A program made the position numbers and the translations under genes. From Clytia hemisphaerica (taxonomy: Eukaryota), in the NCBI RefSeq assembly GCF_902728285.1, contig NW_027104472.1:999681-1063680 (forward strand): DNA of 64,000 nucleotides, in the 5' to 3' direction. Positions within the stretch are counted from its first letter, which is position 1. Each line of letters opens with the position of its first letter. Below the pieces are notes generated by a model. The model did no database searches. It saw nothing but the letters and a program-made list of their open reading frames with translations, and had not been told where the DNA came from. This document shows positions 1-13,461 of this stretch, in pieces.

Positions 1-27
1 AGTTTGTTAAACAATATTTTCTTTATA

Positions 28-330
28 CACCCCCTTCTCACAGACCCACTGGGACCCCTTTCTACTGGAAAAATTGTCCAAAATATCGTCCCCGGTGGAA
101 ATTTTCTCCAATTTTTGTCACCCACTAAAAATAATCAAATAAACCAATCTTCACTGCAAAATATTATGCTTTTTGTCCAATCCCCACTGAATTCTTTGAT
201 TTGGAAACAAAATAATTGAAATCCCCAGCCAAAAAATAGGGGAATATCAATCCCCATCGAGTTTTGGTCCGTGATTTTTATTCTCACTGACTGAAAAAAT
301 ATCACCGGGTCTGTGAGAAGGGGGTGTCTT
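28..330. mobile_element. MITE-like element with about 20 bp TIRs
   Basis: acccccttctcacagaccc (30-48) and gggtctgtgagaagggggtg (309-328) are inverted. A partial second copy of the 5' end lies at 11098-11200. Confidence 0.5.
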
Positions 331-715
331 TATAGTTGAATGTCCACTAAATCTTAGCGAGTGCTTCATCAAAAAACGTAATAACGTGAAACCTTAGTCG
401 ACGACGTTACTACGTAGAAGAAAAGCTTTAGCGCCTGGTAAAGGTTCACTTAAACCCTAGATGTATTATTTCATAGCTCAATTGAATTTTTATTTTCAGC
501 GTACCCACTCACTAATTCGAACCTCTATTATTTGGATAATCGACCCCCCTCTTCTTAAAACTCTCGTAAAATACTCTTTACAATTTGAATATTATTCGAA
601 CAAACTACTCCTTCACTTCCCGCTTGGACTTAAATTACGAGAGCCAACTGTATTGAAATTAAGCATCGGCAGATACGAGGATTGACTTCTTTACTATACA
701 GTGTGTCCAAAAAAG

Positions 716-1430
716 CGGAAAAATTCTTTTATTAAAGTCTGTCTCGAAATAATTTGCAGCTGGAGAAAAAAATGGCTGTAACTTTTGATAGAATTCGAAT
801 CAAGTTGCGATTTTGTGCTCGTTAAAAAGATATTCGTGAGTGGAATATTATCAAGTAGAAAAATTGAGAAAAAAAAGGAAAATGAAAATGAAAAATGAAG
901 AAGAAAAAAATCAACTTTTTGTAGAAATGTGGTATATTTACCATTTTCACAGGAGTGACTCTTCAATCTTAGATCATCATCAATGTGAAAAAATTTTATA
1001 AAAGTATTCATTCAATCAAAAAATATTAAACAAAGTTTATTACTGGTTGATCGACAAAAGGCTGTTTTTTTGTCGTTTTTTACCAGTTTTTACTATTTTA
1101 TAGAGTCAACCAGCAATAAACTTTCTTTGATATCTTTTGATTGAATGAATATTTTTGAATTTTTTTTTGACAGTGATGATGATCTATGATTGAAGAATCA
1201 CTCCTGTGAAAATGGTAATTATACCACATTTCTACAAAAAGTTGATTTTTTTCTTCTTCATTTTTCATTTTCCTTTTCCTTTTTTTTCTCAATTTTTTTA
1301 CTTGATAATATTCCACTCACGAATATCATTTTAACAAGTACTTAATCGCAACTTGATTCGCACTCTATCAAAAGTTACAGCCATTTTTGTCTCCAGCTGC
1401 AAATTATTTCGAGACAGACTTTAAGTAAAA
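716..1430. mobile_element. Large foldback/palindromic element (about 330 bp arms)
   Basis: 730-1060 is the reverse complement of 1100-1430, e.g. ctgtctcgaaataatttgcagctggagac versus gtctccagctgcaaattatttcgagacag. Second copy at 60018-60403. Confidence 0.65.
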
Positions 1431-1889
1431 TTCTCAAAACTCATAATCTAGAGTTGGTTTAAAATAATTGAAGTAAGATTAAAATTCCCTGTTCAATAAT
1501 AAATAGATCTTCAATTCCCAAGAATGGGTTTTTGAGATTGAAATATTGAGTATACGAATCATAAAATTTCGCATAAATTCTCAAGATTTTAAACTTTATA
1601 TGTTAAAATTTGCCCGCTTTTCTTGGGACACACTGTATTAGCTACATCACGTCACATTCTCGCACGCTTTATGATGGCTATTTAGGCTCCAATCTAACAA
1701 AAACGAAAAAAAACTTCCTTTGTAGTTGTCAAGTTGCTTTGTAAATATGTATATTGATTGATATTATAATAAACTTATTTATAAAATTTAAGAAGAAAAT
1801 TAATCAAAATGTAAATGATTGTGTAGTATGACTGAAAAAATCCTTGGTACAAAAATAAATTTCTCGAATCTAGATTTGCTAAGAATGTA

Positions 1890-2735
1890 TAGTCGACTCT
1901 CTCTAATTCGAGCATCTCTAATTCGAATCTTTCTGGAATTCTAAATCAAATATTGGTCTTTTCAGCTGGAAAGTGGTTTAAACAGAGGAATGTAAAGAGA
2001 TGGAAAAACAGCTTCTTGAAAACAATTGAAAAACGGCTCGTCATATACCAGGTCTCTTGCCCTTAAGGGAGTTTATGTCGAGTAAATAGGTTTCTTTTGT
2101 TGTCGCTATAAAAAATCTGCATAATTAGCGTGTTGTGACAAAATTCTTTTGTTTCAAGCCTGATTATGCGCAAACTTTTAGGGCTTATATTTTGGGTACA
2201 ACTCTCCTATACGAAAAGGTACATATATCTTCTTGCTCAGAATTTCCTAGCGATTCTACTGATATAACCGCATCATGACCGCACCATAATATGGAAAGCT
2301 AGAGCTCGAGAAAATTATAACTTCATCTTGATTTTACTCGACTTCTGACAGTTTTACAAGAACCAATTTAATATCATTGCGTTAAGAATTTCTTTTGCTA
2401 TACATTGGTGGAAATATTGCTCCTTATTCTTAAAAATTGAACTAGTAATCGGCAAAAAAGGAAAAAGAAATTTTCATTTTTATCGTCAAATCATGTAGAA
2501 ACCGTCCGATTTGTATGGCGAGCCGTCTTTTCTGGACTTTCATTTTAATGACCTAATCAACGTTTTCACAATAGAATTTTCAATAGAAGTGATCGTTGAA
2601 CTTTGAGTAATCAGAAAAGCTGTTTTTCCATCTCTTTACATTCCTCTGGTTTAAATCACTCTCCAATTCGAATCTTTCTCTAATTCGAAAAAAATGTTTG
2701 ATGTTTTGCAGATCGAATTAGAGAGAGTCAACTGT
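1890..2735. mobile_element. Non-autonomous element with about 100 bp TIRs
   Basis: gctggaaagtggtttaaacagaggaatgtaaagagatgg (1960-2000) is the reverse complement of ccatctctttacattcctctggtttaaatcac (2628-2660). Both ends carry ctctaattcgaa motifs. Confidence 0.45.
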
Positions 2736-3955
2736 AATTGGTCTTAGTTGTTGCCCGAGGTCGATTTTGAAATTGGATGAGTATTTTTTACGAAAGTCTA
2801 AACATTTAAGTGTTTGAGATTGTTTCCGAATTTTTAATAAAAATACATCTTTTAGGTTGAGAAACTAATTTAATGGGTTTAATTCTCGCGGGGGTAATTT
2901 CGCGGATTGGTTTTCATCTGCAAAAATAAGTCTCAATTACTTTAATCGTAGAAATTTTAGCGAGACTGATTTTAGCGTTTTAGCGAGTTTTCCCTATTTT
3001 CGCTAAAATAAATCTCGCTAAAACACGCCGAATCGACAGATCGCTAATAATCAAAGTTAAATTCCAAAAAATTGTCAAAAGAGCACTTTTAACATGTTTA
3101 CCCCCCCCTCAATTAAAGTAATATAATGCGTATCTCATAACCAACATGCATAGTTTGGCAGTAAAATAGCAAAACTAGCCAAAAATCGTGAAAATATTAT
3201 CTCACAATTGACTCATCCGCGAAATTAAGTCCCAACAAAATCTTAAAATTTCACATATGAGCTTAAACCGCGAAATTTAATCTCCGCAGAATTAATCCCT
3301 TTTTAACGTATCGGCAAAGCTGATATTTTTGCTATTGGGACGGTTTTTCAAAACCAATCCATTCCTTTACAAATATAAACTATGTTAAAAGCAGGATACT
3401 TTGTACCTTTGTAAATGTTGACCTTGCCTATAAAAATTACATAAGGCGAAAATAAAAAAATGTAGTGTTTCCGGAAACCGGCCGGGTAAAAAAAAAAAAT
3501 TCTGACCCTGCCGCAGACTTTGTTAGTAGTTAATACATTAGTATTCAGGGCTTACTTCATACTGTTTGTACGTAAAAGTTATCTTTAAAGTTCTATTTCA
3601 ATGATCTTAAAAGCTATCAAAAATAGCAGAAAAAAAAATTCTTCCGGCGGGACGCATGAGAGCTTTTTTCATTCACCCGCATTCCGGAAACACTACATTT
3701 TTTTATTTTCGTCTAATGGAAGGTCATTTTTTGAAATTAAATATTATCCTTTTTCTGCAATTTCTAAAGCAATTCATGAGAGGATCTTCATTGCGAGCAA
3801 GATTTTCACTTTGTTTTTGATAAAAAATACAAGATCAAAAAACAAGAAGGTTCCATTAATGCAAAACTTTGGTTCTTTTTTTTACTGAATAAGCAAAAAA
3901 AGAAAAAATTAAGCCTATGTTTCATCTAAACACAAAATAAAACTTAAATAAAACG

Positions 3956-5278
3956 TTATAAATTGACTTCATAAATTTTTAAAAATTTCGATGCGACTGA
4001 TAATACGGGCAGAGAAATAGTTGTAACTCCACATATCATAAAAACTGAAGCCAACAATTTCCCCTCCGGTGTTTCCGGTACTAAATCACCATACCCGAGA
4101 ACAACCACAGTCTGTAGTGCCCACCATGAACAAGCCGGAACACTCGTAAATTGTGAACCGGGAACACGCGATTCGATCATATAAATCAATGAAGCACCAA
4201 GAAAAACGATAATCATTAAACATAAAAATAATAGAAAAAGTTCTGGTAGACTGGAAGCTAGAATCCGGGTTAAAGTCTCTGTTCGTTTTGAAGATGTAAA
4301 AATTCTAAACAGTCTCATCAGTTTAAATAATCGACATATCCGGCAAAATTTTATAACCGGGAAGTCATTAACACCGGTCGACATTAAGAAAAATAAATAC
4401 GGGTATGAACCGATAAAATCAATGTAGGTCATTGGTCTACGAATCGTCCTGGATATGGGTGCAGCTAAAATAGAAACAGTAATCTCAATCACAAACCAAA
4501 GAGTCACCAAAAAATCAACGATGAATAAAAATTGCTGATTTTCAGCACTCGATTTTTGTACGCTAGGAATCGATTCGATAAACCCGAGAAAAACCGATAT
4601 AGTCGATATGATTATAGAAACGATTGAAAAAACCATAGCGTTTTTCGAACTCTCCGGGTATTGTATAATATACCAAATCTTTTGACGTCGCGTACGAGCC
4701 GGTTTTAGATCTCCTATATCCAGTAGAAATCCTTCTTTGGTTTTCATGCTAACTATTGCTTCATCGGGTAGGTCAAAATACCTGCATTCATTCTCAAAGA
4801 TTGACATTGGCACGTTTGACGGTCTCGTTAATCGCCCGAACGATTGATAAAAGAATAGAATTGAATCAAATACAACTCGATTCCGATCAAAATAGTATTC
4901 ACCGTTACTATAAAATTTCTGCCGCTTACGTAAATCACCTAACAACGTAGTTGGGAACCGTTCTAACGTCTCTACGTACGTCTCATAACGTGATCCACTA
5001 ACGTTAAGTAAGATACGTTCTGAGTGAGGTAAGTTTTCTGTGCTCTCGCTTACGTGTTCCGTGCTCTCGCTTACGAGTTCCGTACTCATATGTACGTTTG
5101 AGTTTTGCATACTTTCGCCTATAATTTCAATACTTTCGTCTAGCTTTTCCTCTATAATTTTGTCAGCATTGTCTTTTTCCTCGACTGCGTTTACTTTACA
5201 ATTGCTTACGGCTGACATACTTTTATTTTCGTTTCCAATCAAATTTGAAGTTTGATCTTGTACCGTTAAATCTAACAT
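3956..5278 (-). CDS. Intronless voltage-gated K+ channel, Shaker/Kv1-like (440 aa)
   Basis: Single ORF. T1 tetramerisation motifs (NVSGSRYETYVETLERFPTTLLG, YFDRNRVVFDSILFFYQSFGRL). Six TM segments. S4 has basic residues at every third position (RICRLFKLMRLFRIF). Pore reads SWWALQTVVVLGYGDLVP. Confidence 0.9.
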   Translation of the reverse strand: MLDLTVQDQTSNLIGNENKSMSAVSNCKVNAVEEKDNADKIIEEKLDESIEIIGESMQNSNVHMSTELVSESTEHVSESTENLPHSERILLNVSGSRYETYVETLERFPTTLLGDLRKRQKFYSNGEYYFDRNRVVFDSILFFYQSFGRLTRPSNVPMSIFENECRYFDLPDEAIVSMKTKEGFLLDIGDLKPARTRRQKIWYIIQYPESSKNAMVFSIVSIIISTISVFLGFIESIPSVQKSSAENQQFLFIVDFLVTLWFVIEITVSILAAPISRTIRRPMTYIDFIGSYPYLFFLMSTGVNDFPVIKFCRICRLFKLMRLFRIFTSSKRTETLTRILASSLPELFLLFLCLMIIVFLGASLIYMIESRVPGSQFTSVPACSWWALQTVVVLGYGDLVPETPEGKLLASVFMICGVTTISLPVLSVASKFLKIYEVNL

Positions 5279-5454
5279 TTTTCTAATCCATATATTTATT
5301 ATAAATCAATTTTCGGGAATGGCGTCGATTGTTTCGGGTCGGTTTCATTTGTCTTCTTGCAAGCTGAACAAAGAAAAGATGTAGCATTTATAAATGAAAA
5401 ACGTATTTTTCCACTGTTTATAAGGGGGGGGGCGTAAAGTTAACTTTGAAAAGC

Positions 5455-5690
5455 AACAAGATTTATTAAAGGTTTTATTTTTACATAAGTGTTCCCGTTT
5501 CACATCAGACACGTATTTCATATCAGGACAATGTCTTCCAATTGTTATGTTATGCTGATCTAAGCAAAAAACCGTTTTTCTTTTTCTCTTTTTGACCAAT
5601 TTTGCTCCTTATCCGTGTCAATCCAATGCGTAAAAGCTTGAAAATTGACGAGTAAAGCAAACGATATCAACTTATCTAAAAAAACACAGT
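5455..5690. repeat. Dispersed about 230 bp repeat family; other copies at 40910-41130 and 41983-42215
   Basis: caaggttttatttttacataagtgttcccgtttcacatcagacac..tttcatatcaggacaatgtct...ccgtgtcaat.caatg..aaaagcttg.aaattga.gagt.agcaaacgat.tca is conserved in all three copies, same orientation. Confidence 0.7.
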
Positions 5691-7255
5691 CTAAGTCAAC
5701 TTGTTGCTATAAATTAGAAATCTTCCCAATATCACAGAATCATATGTAAAAAGTAACAAAAAAATAATCTATAGATTATCAATCTCAACTAATAATACAT
5801 GAAGAAAAAAGAACCCGTTCAAAATAATGAAGGATTATAATTTGAAAATTTTTGCTTTTCATACATCAACAATTTTTGTGTATATTCCTTTCTTTTAAAT
5901 CACAAAGTACCGAATGTCATTAGCAAAAGTTTATTATAAGCAGATCCTCGAGTGATAAAACTTATTTCTCCACGATTTATTCAAAAACCATATTTTCAAG
6001 GTTGAAGGCACTTTAACATGTTTGCATCAGGTAAACTGTATGATGTCTCGTTTTTAAAAGAAGTCACTAAAAACTTTGAAATGTTTTTAATGCAAAAAAA
6101 ACAACAAAAAACAATTAAATTCAAAGGTAACTGACAGAAGTTTTGAGATCTATTCTGCTTATAATAGATGAAATTCTTATATCAAATAGTTTTTAGAAGA
6201 AAATAAAATCACACCTCTGGAGCGCTGTGAGTATATTCAAATTCATCTTGAAAAAATACTTTTGATTCACAACAGAAAACTGTATCCTACTGAAACAAAG
6301 AAAGGCCAATCTACCCCCTTTTTTCTTAGTTTTTCCTTTTTTTCCTTTCTACCCATGTTATTTTTTGTCGCACCTCTCTCCTGTAGAATGTTTAGCAAAC
6401 CAAAAACATAGGTTTTGATTGAAACTTTTTCAACAAAGACATCGTTTTTCTCGGTCAAATTTTGAGTGAAACAAAATGATTTTCCAATCTATATTCGCTA
6501 CTATAGTAGATATGCAAGTTCTGATAATTATTCAATATATCAGAAATTTGATCTGTGTATCACAGTGTGTCTGAGAAAAAAAGAATACTATAATTACTCT
6601 CTCTTTGAGTGCGCCCCTTTTTCCAACGGCGGGCGGGTATGCGAAAAGAAACCGAAATTAACCCGAAAATCAATACTATGCGTGTTGCATTTTTCAAATC
6701 TTCCACTTTTTTGCCACTTTTCGAACGATTCGAACGTTCTACGGACAAACTCACTAAATTAACTTTACATTTACGAATTTATATAACGAAACAAACAAAC
6801 AAACAAACGAATCAAGAATGCTTACTCTTTTGGTTCCGTCGATTGCTCGATGAAATCCTTTCTTCTTTGGTATAAATTTTCAACCCAACTGATAACTTGG
6901 GCACTACAGAACTTCCCTGAAAATAGAACAAAATTTAAAAAGCTTATAAAACAATACAATACCCATGAAATAGTTCTGTTAGTATTGTAGGTCAATCGAA
7001 ACGAATGGAAAATCTAAAATCAAATAATATTTTTGAATGATTTAGTTACACCTTCTCTCCTACCCATAATTCAACATTAGGGGTCTCCTAATTAAAAGAG
7101 GCTAAACCAAAATCAATAGGGGTCATACTCTATATGTCATTACTTTTTTGATAATCAATTTCTGATTATTAAAAATTGTCTCGACTGATGAATCAGTGAT
7201 CACAAAAAGAAAAATAGAAACGAAAGAAAATATTGGCTCAATAGGTGATGAAAGG

Positions 7256-7712
7256 GGTTGTTACTATAACGAGGAACAAGAAGTAACGAGAAGTAACAAG
7301 AAGTAGCAAGTAGGTAACAAGGACTAACGAGAAGTAACGAGTGCTTAAATGGAAGTAACGAGTACCAAACCTAAGTAACGAGTACTTTAGTCAAGAAAAT
7401 GACGCTCTTTTGTCTTGCTTTTGTCACCAATTGGGCCCTTTTTGGGGGTCAATCACGAGATATAGGTGTCCGGATTCCAGTACCAAAAAGGGCCCAAATG
7501 ATGACGGACAAGCCAATCACGAGATATAGGTGCCTGAAATTAACTGGTGACAAAAGCAAGACAATGGAGCGTCATTTTCTTGACTAAAGTACTCGTTACT
7601 TAGGTTTGGTACTCGTTACTTTCATTTAAGCACTAACGAGTACTACTCGTTACTTCTCGTTACTTCTTGTTACCTACTTCGTTACTTCTCGTTCCTCGTT
7701 ATAGTAACAACC
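7256..7712. mobile_element. MITE with about 190 bp TIRs and a 9 bp target-site duplication
   Basis: TIR ggttgttactataacgagg... / ...cctcgttatagtaacaacc. Flanked on both sides by gatgaaagg (7247-7255 and 7713-7721). Internal GTAACGAG-type subrepeats. Confidence 0.7.
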
Positions 7713-8379
7713 GATGAAAGGGGTCATTACATAACACTACAGTAGAGTAGGTTACCAAAAAGAATTTAGATCATTAAATCTCCCCATACCTCGGACCTTA
7801 TCAAGGACCTACCGTTTATAAAACTTTTGAAATTTTTAGACTTTGTTACCATATCTTACCCATTTACGCATTTTATGTTTTAATTTCGAACTTTAAGGCT
7901 AAAGAATAGTCCATTGAAAAGATTATACCATAGTAATCAACATTTTGAATACATTCAACAATGTTAAATCTGACTCTATCGACACCGCCTTTTACTTTCA
8001 AGCCCTTTTAAAAGTTGAGAGATAACTCACATTTAAAAATAGATTTGACTAGGTTATGAGATGAGCGATATCATGAACCTGTAGTAAGTATATAGACATT
8101 CAGGAAAATAGAAAAAGTGTAGGACAAAAAGAACTGAACCACAAGAAACGATTGAACATATTTTGTTGTGGTTGGAAAGTTCCATAAATCCGAAAGAAGA
8201 AATATATTTTCCTCCTCATGATGTAAAGAAAAAGAAGACAAAAATATTTAGGCTTTATGAAATGTAATCTTTAACAGAGAATTCAGCATGGATTAAAATT
8301 CCAAGAATATAAGCCCAAAAATGTATTGTTACTATAGTAGTTTATATTGAATTATTTCCTAAAGCAAGGTATACACGCT

Positions 8380-8640
8380 TTTTTTATAAGAACAAACTAT
8401 ATAGAAACATACGGCTTGCCTTCGATGGCCAAAATGTTAAGAACAAGTTAAGAACATTTTAAGGCTTCGTGGACTCTAAAACAGCCAATTTCTTAGGAAA
8501 ATAGGTAAAAATGGTCACACAATGGTGAAATTAAGAACATTTTTAGGCTTCTTAAAACCCAAAAAGTTAAAAAAACATCAGAAGGCTTCAAAAATGTTGA
8601 ATGTTCTTATAAAAAATGTGTATAAAAGCAAACGGAATGA
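8380..8640. repeat. Dispersed repeat family with reiterated ttaagaacat / ggcttc motifs
   Basis: Other copies at 11740-11930, 48540-48720, 48960-49320, 50890-51200 and 61790-61990 in plus orientation, and 37060-37200 and 41270-41420 in reverse. Shared core: aaaatgttaagaacaagttaagaacatttt.aggcttcg.ggactc.aaaacagcca.t.tcttagg.aaat.g.caaaaat. Confidence 0.65.
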
Positions 8641-10436
8641 AATTTTTGCCCCCGCAGGAGCGTAGCGACGAGGAGGCACTCATAGTTTTACGCATAGATA
8701 TTGGACTGGAATCTCGAAATTTTGTTGCGCGTTTTGTCGCCCAAGCATCCCCGTAGTTAGTCTCTTCCGTAAATGTTCGGTTTTTTTCCGGGACGGTAGT
8801 ATACATATTTTCATATTACGTTATATGCTATTACCATTATTACATATTACAATTTTAGTTTTGATTTAGCTTTGAAAAGCTGAAGCGAGTGTTATAAATG
8901 CAAATCATAACAGTGTATGATATAACACGAATTACAATATTACGTGCAAATCAAAACAAACAAAATGGCAGACTGGTTATGATGATGAGCTGATTCATTG
9001 ACTGGAAAAAGTGTTTTGTATGTCAAATTTTATTTCTTGTCTTTGAAACTGAATACTAAATACTGTAATTTAGTCAGAAGTTCACTTCAGCAATGATTTC
9101 AATTCTTTTTCCGGAATCTTTAAAGAAATTTGCTCAAGTTTTCAAATGTACATTTGATATTTTTGTTCAAACTGTAATTTATCTTTGTCTGTTATTTTAT
9201 TAATAACTACCTTTATTGTTTATAGAGGTTCTTGAGCTTTATTAAAGACCATCATATGGTCGTAACTCGGGAAGGTCTTTCTTAACTTGGTAAAACAAGA
9301 TACCAGCAAAGTACAAAAAAGTAGAATGTACGCATATGAATCCAAAATTGAATGTCAATCAATGTAAACAAACTTTTTTTTTTTGGTCTTCAAAATAGAT
9401 TTACCTCACTTAGAGTGTTTTCAATGTTTGTTCAGTATGGTAAATCTATTTTAAAAACCTGAAAAAAGTTTGTTTACGTTCGTTTAACTTTATAGGCGCA
9501 CCACATTCAACTTTGACTTTTTCATACAGTTGTGATAGCCTACGTAATAACTTACACTCCAGTGGTTTGGTGAAATAGCTCCAATTCTGGCTTTCCAAGT
9601 TAGGAGGGACCTTCCTGAAGGCATTTAACGGTGGTTAGACTAGGCACACAGACAGTCATATGGAAACATTATAAAGTGAAAGTATATAGCTATAAACTCA
9701 AAAAGTCTAGCTTCCTGAAGGCACGTCTCTTCATTGTCTGTGTTGCGAACATCTTAATAGCTTCAATCCTTTCAGCTTGGAGAAAAGATTGCATCATGAA
9801 AAAGTTCTATGCTATGCATTTGAAAAAACAATTTAGGCGCATTTCAACTTTTCTCGACTGTACGTCTGAATGGACCACAATGGCATTCCTTTATTTTTCT
9901 TTTGACCAACAAAATAGAAGATTTTGCTTGAGAAGTGCAATCACAGCGTAGCCAAGTGGAGCCCGGGCTCCGCTTGCTTAACTAGGATTGGTTTCTATTT
10001 ACCCTATTTAAGATGGCGCAGAACTTTTTCATAAATTTTATACACAGTATCCTCTTGACTATTGTTTATTAGGCAAAGTAGCAATAGAGGATTGTTGAAA
10101 TATAGCAGCCAATGAAAAAAAACAAGCTATTTCTGATTGGTTACCTTGTTTATTTATTCACCGCTATATATTTTGCCTACAATCTAAGATGTCTGCGGCA
10201 TTATCGGAAAAGGTCTATTGTGAATGATCATGACATATATATATTGTTGTAAGAAAGAAACTAGGAGAAAAAAAACAAACAAGGAGATATGAAATTCAGT
10301 AAGATAATGATACCATAATATTTGAATTATGTTTTTGAAAAGCTTTTCCAGCTTTTCCTTAAATTTAATCAAATCATCAAGCTGCATGAATTCTTCAAGT
10401 ATTTTGTTAATGGAATATGATTATTTTTTCAAGCAA

Positions 10437-10800
<364 letters not shown>

Positions 10801-12283
10801 ATCAATCAATTATTCCTGATTATTTCAATTAATTATTCCTGATTATTTTTATGCTTCAATCTTTAAAGCATTAAAAGCTTTATAAGTGCATGACATGACC
10901 TTTCAGTGGGGGCATTTAGTGAAAACTATGACTAGTTTAGCCTTTATTGAAACTTACAAAACTCAATCTACAATTGAACTTCATAATCGAATGTCCCTTT
11001 CTTATAAAGAGGGTGTCACTTTCCAACAAACCCAAGAAGGAGGGGATTGGATTAATTTTCCTAAAAAACGGATATATCAAGAAGATGGGTTCTGAAAGAC
11101 ACCCCCTTCTCACAGACCCACTGGGACCCCTTCCCCTGGAAAATTTGGCCAAAATATCAACCCCAGTGGAAAATTATCCTCCAATTTTTGTACCATATAT
11201 AAAATAATCAAAACGTATTTTATACTTTAAAAGTGGAAGTTTACTTAATATAAAATTTATTTTATACTTCCAAAGGGCCAATTTAGGGTATATTCACTGA
11301 CCTTTTTATATCCCTGGACCAAGCTATATCCAACATATTTGATCACAGTCTTTTTTGGAATTAGTACCCACAAGAAGAAGCCATTGCAATGTTAAAAATT
11401 AACGTCTAACGGCGCTACATCATCAAAAGTATTCTAGGAAAAGTAGATCCTTCGCTCTCGATACATTTTCACCGCTATTGAGTAGTGCCGCCATTAGGAT
11501 ACCAATATAAAAAAAAAAATCTGATCAAAGATTTGTGGTTGGGATGGATTGATTATCTTGGTCCAGGGACATATAAACTCTACCAACTCTTACCTTTTGT
11601 ACTGTTATAGAAAATTTCCAGCTCTCCAGGTCTTTGTTCCGCTAAAAGATAAAATTATTTCATCATTATTTTGACATTTTCCATTATTTTGGTATTATCA
11701 TTAATAATACTTTTACAATCGCTTTTTTCTCGCCTACACATTTTCTTTATAATAACAAACTATATGAGAATATAAGGCTTCGATAGCCAAAATGTTTAGA
11801 ACAAGTTAAGAACATTTTCAGACTTCGCGGACTTAAAAACAGCCAGTCTCTTAGGGAAATGGACAAAAATAAATAAAAAATAGGGAAAATGAGAAACTCA
11901 AAAATTTTGGATGTTCTTATAAAAAAACGTGTATCATCGAGAGTTTCATTTAGATTGACGATAGTTTTGGTCTACTTTATTTTAAGAAATATCCTGCAAC
12001 ATTTTAGATTTTCAATAACTTATATTGTTAGCTTTGCAATGATAAAAGCAAGTAAACTGCTCATGAAGTACATCATGAAAAGCACTCGCATTATTTCTAA
12101 ACATTGCCGAGCAATTCATCTTGCACTTTATATATAAAATCACACTTTAATGAATACATTCATTTAAAATGATTTTATTTTATTATTGGGGTCACTCCTC
12201 ATATTGAGACTTCGATGCAAGTGTTTTTAGGATGTAATTTTATGAGAAAATACCAATTTCCGAATTTTAAGTTTCAAAAGTAC

Positions 12284-12374
12284 CTTTTTCATATTCGAAA
12301 GCTTGTAAGATCATTTCAAAACGATCCAAATCTTTCACAATTTTAGCTTCAGCTGTTTCTCGCTTATTGTATTC
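12284..12374 (-). CDS. HDDC2: HDDC2-like HD-domain protein, exon E
   Basis: AG acceptor, GT donor. Translation (W)EYNKRETAEAKIVKDLDRFEMILQAFEYEK matches HDDC2 EEYETQSSAEAKFVKQLDQCEMILQAFEYE. Further 3' exons not located. Confidence 0.7.
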
Positions 12375-12464
12375 CTGAAAAAATTAACGTTACAGCTCAA
12401 AACTAAAATATATTTCGTATTGTACCGTACATTTAAAAAAGGGGTTTGGTATAAAGCGAGATAC

Positions 12465-12508
12465 CATATTTTGTACTTTCTTGTTGTCAGAAATGGTTTC
12501 TTTTTCCC
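12465..12508 (-). CDS. HDDC2: HDDC2-like exon D
   Basis: Phase-consistent 44 nt exon GKKKPFLTTRKYKI(W), ttcag acceptor, gtatct donor. Weak similarity alone; supported by phase continuity. Confidence 0.45.
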
Positions 12509-12939
12509 CTGAAAGCACAAAAAGTTGTCAAATAAGAATTATTTAACTGTTTAATGACAATTCGAATCATTTTCGAATGTTTTGATGTTAATTTCACCGA
12601 AATACAGGAAGTGAAAAAACAAAACATAGAGAAAGACACTATAGAGAGAAAGTTTGTTAATATTTTTAAAGTTGACAGTAAACCAGTTATCGATAAACCA
12701 GTTATCACCAGTATCACACTTTTACTCGTACAGTATTGGATATATTTTTCTCGTTCAGAATTTTTTATATGACGCGCAATAACTATTACACCCACTAAGC
12801 TTCCATTACCAACTTAGCTGTCCACTTCGTATCAGTTTGAATCGAAGAATTTTATATACATTACATATACATAAAATATTTCAAATTCTTGTAAGAAGAA
12901 CCAATATACTTTTGGAGATCAAGAAATAGACGATATCGA

Positions 12940-13045
12940 CTTACCGAATGATTACCCATGATGCATTGCACAAAAAATTCACGGAAATTCAATATCGTCC
13001 GTGAATTTTTTTGCGCAATGCATTATGGGTAATCATTCGGGGAGA
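12940..13045. repeat. Perfect about 45 bp-arm palindrome
   Basis: ccgaatgattacccatgatgcattgcacaaaaaattcacgga / tccgtgaatttttttgcgcaatgcattatgggtaatcattcgg. Lies in an HDDC2-like intron. Confidence 0.5.
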
Positions 13046-13422
13046 ATTTGGAAAGCCGATATCGTCTATTAATGATGAAGAAGAAAAAAAAAAACACGTA
13101 GAAAACTTTATAATTGCAAAAAAATCTCCAAAGGAACAAATTCGTATGCAGTTTAAAGGTAGAAGACGTTAATAGTTTGGGGTTATTACAAACCTTACTT
13201 AAAACACAAAATTTTTCAAAAGACAAAAAGCTTTTCTCTTATGAAATTTACCTCCCAAAGGTCCAACACCTCATCAGCAATCTAAAAAAAAAACATTGAT
13301 CATTTTAATGTTACCAAACAACATATTCATGAAATTTACACACAATTTGTATGTTTCAAAATACTATTCTAGCAAAATTTATCAATGAGTCCCAAGAGTC
13401 ATTAGAACAATTTGTATAGTAC

Positions 13423-13461
13423 CTGTTTCGGGATATTTTTTGTGATTTTGTGCATAGCTTC
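13423..13461 (-). CDS. HDDC2: HDDC2-like exon C
   Basis: 39 nt exon EAMHKITKNIPKQ (HDDC2 EEAMKQITQLLPE). ttttacag acceptor, GTACTA donor. Confidence 0.55.

Noticed and set aside
9631-9951. ORF 9631..9951 (106 aa)
   Set aside because: No recognisable motif, no flanking splice context, AT-rich random-like composition.
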